DNA from: Candidatus Limnocylindrales bacterium
GTDB lineage: Bacteria > Chloroflexota > Limnocylindria > Limnocylindrales > CSP1-4
Reading direction: 5' to 3'
Assembly: GCA_036404515.1 (NCBI GenBank)
Contig: DASWZK010000132.1
Coordinates: 1-59,004 of the forward strand
Length of the DNA stretch: 59,004 nucleotides
This document shows positions 53,204-59,004 of the stretch, piece after piece. How positions within the stretch are numbered: position 1 is the stretch's first letter; every line of letters starts with the position of its first letter. Made by a program: the position numbers and the translations under genes. The notes beneath the pieces are model-generated. The model did not search any database, was not told where the DNA came from, and worked only from the letters and a program-made list of their open reading frames with translations.

Positions 53204-54045
53204 TGGCCCGCGAGCGTATCCAGAAGGTCATCGCCTCAGCCGGCATCGCCTCGCGGCGCGGGGGAGAGGATCTGGTTCGAGCCGGAAGGGTGACGGTGGA
53301 CGGCCGCCCCGCGCTCATCGGCGAGCAGGTCGATCGCGAGCTTCAGCAGATCGCAGTGGACGGCATCGCGCTCCCTGCTTCGGTGGGGCCGAGGTCCTAC
53401 TGGGCCCTCAACAAACCGCCAGGAGTTGTCTCGACGGTTCGTGACCGTCATGCCGAGCGCACGGTCATGGAACTCCTGCCGCCCGAAGCTCGACGCGGCA
53501 CTCGCCTTTACCCGGTCGGTCGCCTCGACGAGGCATCGGAAGGCCTTCTCCTCTTCACCGACGACGGTGCCTGGGCCGACTTGCTGCTGCACCCGCGATA
53601 CGGCGTCGAGCGGGAATATCTTGTTGGACTGGATCGCTCGGTGACGAAGGTCCAGAAGGCCGCGCTTCGCGACGGTATCGAGATGGACGAGGGCCTGGCC
53701 CGCATCGACCACCTGGACGACGCGACGCCGGCACACGTACGCGACCTGATGGCGCTGCTCGACCCACCACATCCCGAGCTGCGGTGGTATCGAGCCGTGC
53801 TGGCTCAAGGCTGGAAGCGGCAGATCAGGCGGATGTTCGATGCCGTCGGCATGCCTGTCCGGCGGCTCGTCCGCGTGAGGGTGGGAACGCTGAAGTTGAC
53901 CGACCTGAAGGCCGGAGAGGCCCGGCGTCTGACCCGCCAAGAGGTTGCGCTGCTGGCGTCCCGCGCGCGATCGGAGAAGACCAGCCGGGCCGGGAGGCCG
54001 GCTCGAGCACCGACGCCGGCAGGGGATGGCGCGCTCGACGAGTAG
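53203..54045 (+). CDS. rluB: Pseudouridine synthase (RsuA/RluB family)
   Basis: S4 domain RIQKVIASAGIASRRGGEDLVRAGRVTVDG. Catalytic LYPVGRLDEASEGLLLFTDDG. Confidence 0.9.
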   Translation: MARERIQKVIASAGIASRRGGEDLVRAGRVTVDGRPALIGEQVDRELQQIAVDGIALPASVGPRSYWALNKPPGVVSTVRDRHAERTVMELLPPEARRGTRLYPVGRLDEASEGLLLFTDDGAWADLLLHPRYGVEREYLVGLDRSVTKVQKAALRDGIEMDEGLARIDHLDDATPAHVRDLMALLDPPHPELRWYRAVLAQGWKRQIRRMFDAVGMPVRRLVRVRVGTLKLTDLKAGEARRLTRQEVALLASRARSEKTSRAGRPARAPTPAGDGALDE

Positions 54046-54084
54046 CGGCTTGGGGGCCCAGGCCACGGCTCAGGGCCGTCGCCC

Positions 54085-54834
54085 TTGCCCGGCGGCGGTA
54101 TCCTGCGAGCCGTGACCGAAAGCCGGGGATCCCACCCACTATCGGGCCGCGCTCGAGGCCTCGTTGTTGCGATCGACGGTCCCAGCTCCAGTGGCAAGAG
54201 CACCGTCGGCGCCGAGGCCGCCAGGCGGCTCCGCTACCGCTTCTGCGATACGGGGCTGCTCTATCGGGCGGTTACGTGGCTGGCCCTGACACGAGGAATC
54301 TCCCCGGCCGACGTCGCCAATGTCGTGCCGCTGGCGGAAGAGGTCAGGCTCGTAGCCGACTCGCGAGGCAGGCTGCGCCGCGTGGAAACCGGCGGCCGCG
54401 ATGTTACCGCCGAGGTCCGCGGCGCGGTCGTCGACCGGGCCGTGTCGGATTACTCGAAGGTTTCGGAGTTGCGTACGGCACTGGTGCCGCGGCAGCGAGC
54501 GATAGCCGGCGATGGCGGGATCATCATGGCTGGCCGCGATATTGGGACGGTCATCCTTCCGGACGCCGACGTGAAGATCTACCTCGACGCATCGGCCGAA
54601 GAGCGGGCGCGCCGGCGAGCCGCTCAACGCAGGACGGCCGACGAGAGCAAGGTCGGCCAGATCCTTGAGGAGTTGCGCCGCAGGGATTCGATCGACTCGA
54701 GCCGAGAGACCGCACCCCTGCGAACCGCTCCGGACGCCTGCATCATCAAGACCGACGGCAACAGCTTCGAGCAAACGGTCGGGGCCGTCTTGCGAGCTAT
54801 CCGCGAGGTCCAAAGAGGCGAGCGTGGCCGGTAA
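54085..54834 (+). CDS. cmk: Cytidylate kinase (start TTG 54085 or GTG 54112)
   Basis: VVAIDGPSSSGKSTVG, DTGLLYRA, GRDIGTVI. Confidence 0.9.
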   Translation: MPGGGILRAVTESRGSHPLSGRARGLVVAIDGPSSSGKSTVGAEAARRLRYRFCDTGLLYRAVTWLALTRGISPADVANVVPLAEEVRLVADSRGRLRRVETGGRDVTAEVRGAVVDRAVSDYSKVSELRTALVPRQRAIAGDGGIIMAGRDIGTVILPDADVKIYLDASAEERARRRAAQRRTADESKVGQILEELRRRDSIDSSRETAPLRTAPDACIIKTDGNSFEQTVGAVLRAIREVQRGERGR

Positions 54835-55513
54835 GAGGCTGCCGTTCTTCCCCAGGTTTACCGGCGCCTTCCTGCGTGCGGTAGCCGCCTGCACCACACG
54901 GGTCAGGGTCGAGGGCCTTGAGAACCTCCCCGCGTCCGGTCCGGCCCTGGTCATCGGCAACCACAGCTCCAATGCGGACGGGATGCTGCTGATGGCCTTC
55001 ATCGTCCCGGCGATGGGTCGGCCGATGGGGTGGCTGGGCAAGGAAGAAGCCCTGCGCTGGCCGTTTCTCGGCTGGGCCATGCGCCAGAACGGAGTGTTCG
55101 GCATCCGCCGCGGCGCCGGCGACCTGGAGGCCTTCAAGCTGGCCAGGGGCGTTCTCGACGACGGACGTGTGCTCGCTATCTTTCCCGAGGGCACTCGATC
55201 GCCCAACGGGGCGCTTCAGGAAGCAAAGGAAGGGGCCACCGTCCTCGCCGTTCGAAGCGGGGCACCCATTCTGCCGATCGCGATCGTGGGCTCGCACCGC
55301 TTCTGGCCCAAGGGCAAGCTGCTGCCCCGGCTGGGCCGGCGGATGACGGTCAGAGTGGGGGAGACATTCACGCTGTCGATGCCCAAGGGCGGTGATCGCC
55401 ACGAGTCGCTGCGGCTGGCCACTGCCGAGTTGATGCGGCATCTCGCCGAGTTGCTCCCGCCCGAGCAGCGAGGTGTCTACGGTGAGACGGTGGAGGCGGC
55501 CGGTCGTTCGTGA
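54824..55513 (+). CDS. plsC: 1-acyl-sn-glycerol-3-phosphate acyltransferase
   Basis: NHSSNADG (HX4D) and FPEGTRS. GTG 54824 overlaps the cmk 3' end. Confidence 0.85.
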   Translation: MAGKRLPFFPRFTGAFLRAVAACTTRVRVEGLENLPASGPALVIGNHSSNADGMLLMAFIVPAMGRPMGWLGKEEALRWPFLGWAMRQNGVFGIRRGAGDLEAFKLARGVLDDGRVLAIFPEGTRSPNGALQEAKEGATVLAVRSGAPILPIAIVGSHRFWPKGKLLPRLGRRMTVRVGETFTLSMPKGGDRHESLRLATAELMRHLAELLPPEQRGVYGETVEAAGRS

Positions 55514-55540
55514 TCGCCTCTCGTGGGATACTGAAGCGCA

Positions 55541-56497
55541 ATGGGTAACGTTCGAGAGGTCCGAATCGCGCGTCGCACCGGATTCTGCTATGGCGTGCGG
55601 GAGGCGATCGACAAGGCCAAGGAAGCCGCTGCCGCGGGCAAGCCCACGCACACGCTCGGTCAGGTCGTCCACAACGAAGGCGTCATAACGGCGCTCCAGG
55701 CCCAGGGCATCCAGACCGTCGACACGCTCGACCAGGTCAACGAAGGCGCGGCAGTCGTCATACGCGCTCACGGCGTTCGGCCCGAGGTACTGGCTCGAGC
55801 GGAGGCGCGCGGGCTCGAGGTCATCGACGGCACATGCACGTGGGTGATCCAGGAACAGCGCGAGATCACGCGGCTCGTCGAGGAGGGCTACACGATCGTG
55901 TTGCTCGGCACGCCGCGTCACCCCGAGGTCGTGGGCCTGCTCGGCTTCGCTCCCGACTCGATCGTCGTCGACGAGGAAGAGGACTGGGACGCCATCCCTC
56001 GACGCAAGAAGATGGCCCTCCTCAGCCAGAGCACCCAGCCGCCCTGGAAGTTCGAGAAGCTGGCCGCGTTCATGGTTGGCCGATGCCACGAGCTGAAGAT
56101 CGTCAACACGGTGTGCCCGGTCACGATCCGGCGTCAGGACGACACCGTCGAGACGGCCCGCGAGGTCGATCTCATGGTCGTGGTGGGCGGGCGATCGAGC
56201 GCGAACACGAAGGAGCTGACCCGCCTCTGCGGCATCGTCGGCACGAGGGCGATCCAAATCGAGGGCGAGGAGGACCTGAGGGATCCCGGCGTCTTCGCCG
56301 GTGCGTCGGTGGTCGGAGTCACGGGCGGGACATCCACTCCGATCGAGGATTTGCGCTGCGTCGCTGAGAGGATCCTGACAATGGCCGGAACGCCGGAAGC
56401 CGTGGCGCGTGCCGAGGATCTGGCCACGGCCGCCCTCGCAGCGGCGGCGACCCCGGCCGGCCGTACGACGTCTCTGCCGGAGACGGTGGCCGTTTAG
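55541..56497 (+). CDS. ispH: 4-hydroxy-3-methylbut-2-enyl diphosphate reductase
   Basis: GFCYGVREAI, VHNEGV, TCTWV, VVGGRSSANT. Confidence 0.9.
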   Translation: MGNVREVRIARRTGFCYGVREAIDKAKEAAAAGKPTHTLGQVVHNEGVITALQAQGIQTVDTLDQVNEGAAVVIRAHGVRPEVLARAEARGLEVIDGTCTWVIQEQREITRLVEEGYTIVLLGTPRHPEVVGLLGFAPDSIVVDEEEDWDAIPRRKKMALLSQSTQPPWKFEKLAAFMVGRCHELKIVNTVCPVTIRRQDDTVETAREVDLMVVVGGRSSANTKELTRLCGIVGTRAIQIEGEEDLRDPGVFAGASVVGVTGGTSTPIEDLRCVAERILTMAGTPEAVARAEDLATAALAAAATPAGRTTSLPETVAV

Positions 56498-56583
56498 GGT
56501 CGTCGGACCCCGGATTCGCAGGCGCGAGTGCTCCAATTGCCCTCCAGCGCGGGCGTGGCGGCGCGATCGTCCATAATCCGCGG

Positions 56584-58230
56584 GTGAACCCACTCCCCAT
56601 CGTTGCCGTGGTCGGCCGTCCGAACGTCGGCAAGAGCACGCTGTTCAATCGAATCGTCGGCCACCGGGCCGCCATCGTCGAAGATCGAGCCCGGACGACA
56701 CGCGACCGTATCTACGGCGACGCCGACTGGAACGGTCGCCGCTTCATCGTGGTCGATACCGGCGGCCTGGAGATACGTCCCGGCGACCCGATCGAAGAGA
56801 AGGTCCAGGAGCAAGCACGACTGGCCATCGGCGAGGCCGATGTCATCGTCCTGGTGGTCGACACGATCGCAGGCCTGACACCGGCGGACCTGGAAGCGGC
56901 CGATCTCCTTCGGACGGCAAAGGCCCCTGTTCTGGTGGCTGCCAACAAGTCCGACAATGACAAGCGCGAGCTCGAAGCCGCGGAGTTCTACTCCCTCGGC
57001 TGGGAGGAGACACATCCGATCAGCGCGGCTCATGGACGTGGCGTTGCAGATTTGCTGGACGCGATCGTGTGGTCGCTGCCGCCGGAGAGCGAGCAGGAGA
57101 TAGTCCGCAAACGGCGTCTGGCCGAGGCCGACGAATGGGCTCGCGACATGGCCGCCGGTCGGCTGTCCCGCGTCATGGAAGGTGACGAGGAGGCAATCGA
57201 GCTGGCGGCGGAGGGCGGCTCGGACCTGCCGATCGAGTTCGAGGAGGAGGAGCAGTCGGTATCGATCGCTCTGGTTGGGCGCCCGAACGTGGGCAAGTCG
57301 AGCCTCCTGAACGCGTTGCTGGGCGAGGACCGGGCGATCGTCAGCGAAACACCAGGCACTACTCGTGACGCAATAGACACGCACCTGGCCTGGGGCCGAA
57401 GCGATCTCGTCCTGATCGACACGGCCGGCATCAAGAGGCCCGGGAAGGTGGCCAGCGGCATGGCCGCCGAGCGTTATTCGACCTTGCGTGCTCTCAAGGC
57501 AGTCGAACGTGCCGACGTTGCCGTCCTTGTCGTCGATGCCTTCGAAGGCCTGACGGCTCAGGATGCCCATGTCGCGGGGTTCGTGGCGGAGGAGGGCCGA
57601 GGCCTCGTCATTGCCCTCAACAAGTGGGATCTGGTCGCCGAGAAGACGGGTCGCACCTTCGACGAGTACGTCTCCGCCATGCGCGCGGAAGTGCCGTTCC
57701 TCGACTTCGCCCCGTTCGTGTCGATCAGTGCCAGGACCGGCCAGCGCGTCGCCCGAGTTCTTGAGCTCGCCGTCGACGTGTGGGGCGAGCGTCGCAAGCG
57801 CATCCCGACGCCGGAACTCAACCGAGTCATCCGGGCGGCATCCCTTCGTCAGGCGCCTCCGGCCGGCAAACTTGGCCCGCCGAAGATCTTCTATGCAACC
57901 CAGGTTTCAGTGGCGCCGCCTACTTTCGTCTTCTTCGCACGTCACGCCGCCCAGGTCCACTTCAGCTATCGGCGCTTCCTGGAAAACCAGATCAGGGCCG
58001 AGTTCGGCTTCGATGGGACGCCGGTTCGACTCGTATTCCGTGAGCGAGCCAGCGGTCGCTCGGTTCAAGGCGACGGGCGCGGGCGCGGGCGCGGGGGAAG
58101 TGGCGTCTCCAGGCCGCGAGCGGCCGGTCCGGGAAAAGCCGGCTCGCGTGCCGCGGCGGCCAGGCCCTTGCGCAAGGGGACCAGCGGGTCCAAGCGGAGC
58201 ACCGGCGGGCGGCGGAATCCCCAGGGCTAG
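56584..58230 (+). CDS. der: Ribosome-biogenesis GTPase Der (EngA) with an acidic inter-domain insertion and an RG-rich basic tail
   Basis: Two G domains, VVGRPNVGKSTLFN and LVGRPNVGKSSLLN. KH-like C-terminal domain, then GDGRGRGRGGSG... Confidence 0.95.
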   Translation: MNPLPIVAVVGRPNVGKSTLFNRIVGHRAAIVEDRARTTRDRIYGDADWNGRRFIVVDTGGLEIRPGDPIEEKVQEQARLAIGEADVIVLVVDTIAGLTPADLEAADLLRTAKAPVLVAANKSDNDKRELEAAEFYSLGWEETHPISAAHGRGVADLLDAIVWSLPPESEQEIVRKRRLAEADEWARDMAAGRLSRVMEGDEEAIELAAEGGSDLPIEFEEEEQSVSIALVGRPNVGKSSLLNALLGEDRAIVSETPGTTRDAIDTHLAWGRSDLVLIDTAGIKRPGKVASGMAAERYSTLRALKAVERADVAVLVVDAFEGLTAQDAHVAGFVAEEGRGLVIALNKWDLVAEKTGRTFDEYVSAMRAEVPFLDFAPFVSISARTGQRVARVLELAVDVWGERRKRIPTPELNRVIRAASLRQAPPAGKLGPPKIFYATQVSVAPPTFVFFARHAAQVHFSYRRFLENQIRAEFGFDGTPVRLVFRERASGRSVQGDGRGRGRGGSGVSRPRAAGPGKAGSRAAAARPLRKGTSGSKRSTGGRRNPQG

Positions 58231-58292
58231 CTGCGTCGGGCACAGCGTCGACGGGTAGTGGCCGTATACGAGTCTGGTATTCTGTCCATCGT

Positions 58293-58336
58293 CGGGGCGT
58301 GGCGCAGCCTGGTAGCGCACCTGAATGGGGTACAGG
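58293..58336 (+). tRNA. tRNA-Pro(GGG)-like 5' fragment (acceptor 5' strand, D arm, anticodon arm); probable pseudo/split tRNA at an integration site
   Basis: CGGGGCG-TG-GCGC-AGCCTGGTA-GCGC-A-CCTGA-ATGGGGT-ACAGG, with anticodon GGG at 58327-58329. The last anticodon-stem pair is A.A. I found no GGTTCGAATCC-type T-arm and no CGCCCCG 3' strand in the following ~150 nt. Confidence 0.5.
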
Positions 58337-58370
58337 TGCTAGGCCGGCTCCGGAGGGCGATTCTGAGCGT

Positions 58371-58404
58371 GAAAAGACCCCCGCCGGTATGCCTGACGGG
58401 GGTC
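58371..58404 (-). terminator. Rho-independent-type terminator for the integrase gene (GACCCCCG-13 nt-CGGGGGTC followed by CTTTTC on the - strand)
   Basis: 8-bp perfect stem read directly, with a T-run on the - strand. Confidence 0.6.
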
Positions 58405-58405
58405 C

Positions 58406-58429
58406 TGACCGCAGTTTTGACCGCAGTTT
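58406..58429. repeat. Perfect 12-bp tandem repeat TGACCGCAGTTT x2 abutting the integrase stop codon
   Basis: Read directly at 58406-58417 and 58418-58429. Confidence 0.95.
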
Positions 58430-59004
58430 CTACCTGGCGGCCTCCGCATCCTGGCGGTGCCGGAGCAGGCTGTCGATCCTCGACGCCGCGACTCGGGAGC
58501 GCTCCGTGGACAGGTGCGCGTAGACGTTGACCGTCGTCGAGTAGTCCGAGTGCCCGAGCATCTTAGAGATCACCGCGATCTCCTCACCGGCCTCGAGCAA
58601 GAGCGTCGCGAAGGCGTGGCGCATGTCATGGAACCGCTGGCGGCGGATCCCGGCGCGCTCCTGCGCCAGCTCGAACGACCGACTGAGGCTCCGGTACTGC
58701 ATCGGTCGGCCGTCGCGCGTGGCAAAGACGAAGCCTTCGGGCTGTCCCGGCTCCGCGCCTTTCCATCTGCGCCCGCAGGCGAGACGCTCGCGCCCTTGCT
58801 GTGCGCGCTGCGCGTGGAGAGCCCACGTCGCCAGATCCGACAGGCCGAACGTTCGGTGCCCGCGGTCGGACTTCACGTCGGCGAGGTCGCGGTGCCTGTC
58901 GAGCTGCTGACTGATGGCCACAGTCCGCGCCTCGAGGTCCACGTCGCCCCATCGAAGCCCGAGCAACTCACCCTGACGGCAACCGGTCCCGATCGCGAAG
59001 GCGT
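58430..59004 (-). CDS. int: Tyrosine-type site-specific integrase, C-terminal catalytic part (N-terminus lies beyond the window)
   Basis: The frame stays open to the window edge: ...AFAIGTGCRQGELLGLRWGDVDL. Also FHDMRHAFATLLLEAGEEIAVISKMLGHSDYSTTVNVYAHL. Confidence 0.9.
   Translation of the reverse strand, partial: AFAIGTGCRQGELLGLRWGDVDLEARTVAISQQLDRHRDLADVKSDRGHRTFGLSDLATWALHAQRAQQGRERLACGRRWKGAEPGQPEGFVFATRDGRPMQYRSLSRSFELAQERAGIRRQRFHDMRHAFATLLLEAGEEIAVISKMLGHSDYSTTVNVYAHLSTERSRVAASRIDSLLRHRQDAEAAR

Larger units (their letters stand above)
58337..59004. mobile_element. Edge of a second integrated element (integrase end); continues right of the window
   Basis: tRNA similarity ends at ~58337. 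An integrase gene, its terminator and a tandem repeat follow immediately. Confidence 0.55.

Noticed and set aside
58337-58404. Attempt to complete the tRNA-Pro with a T-arm and 3' acceptor strand downstream of the anticodon arm
   Set aside because: There is no GTTCRANYC-type loop with a flanking 5-bp stem and no CGCCCCG-like strand. The only strong helix here (58376-58404) fits an integrase terminator on the opposite strand.
1-59004. Scan for CRISPR arrays, rRNA genes, IS elements (transposase plus terminal inverted repeats) and toxin-antitoxin pairs
   Set aside because: I saw no regularly spaced direct repeats, no rRNA-like conserved stretches, no transposase motifs and no small paired ORFs of TA type. 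The only repeats found are the short tandem duplications listed as features.

Overview
This is a visibly GC-rich bacterial chromosomal segment (I did not compute GC content). Positions ~5.4-58.3 kb form a core housekeeping block. About 45 of its genes are on the + strand and only 2 on the - strand, and many neighbours share ATGA/GTGA/TTGA start-stop overlaps. Gene order resembles Actinomycetota-type synteny: comM-dprA...xerC; relA...hisS...aspS...alaS-ruvX-mltG...pepQ-efp; xseA-xseB-dxs; tlyA-nadK-recN-xerD; scpA-scpB-rluB-cmk-plsC-ispH-der. Two mobile-element edges flank the core.

Left edge (1-~4.9 kb): a minus-strand, translationally coupled module encoding a Toprim/AAA primase-helicase, a ParB-fused orphan DNA methyltransferase and three unplaceable proteins. 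It sits where the 5' two-thirds of comM should be. Only a frameshifted comM 3' stump remains, directly upstream of an intact dprA.

Right edge (from ~58.34 kb): a tyrosine integrase that runs off the window. It abuts a tRNA-Pro(GGG)-like 5' fragment with no recognisable T-arm or 3' acceptor strand.

Other points worth a second look:
- an FtsA-like actin-fold ATPase paired with a large bitopic membrane protein, inserted in the otherwise conserved alaS-ruvX-mltG cluster;
- a FemAB-family gene coupled to a murE whose DNPR motif reads EDPR;
- an unannotated-looking small lipoprotein ORF with a structured leader between hisS and aspS;
- a perfect in-frame 24-bp tandem duplication inside xerC;
- a small membrane ORF between xseA and xseB.

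I saw no rRNA, CRISPR array or IS element. All product calls come from motif recognition by eye, with no searches run. Start codons in this GC-rich DNA are often uncertain.
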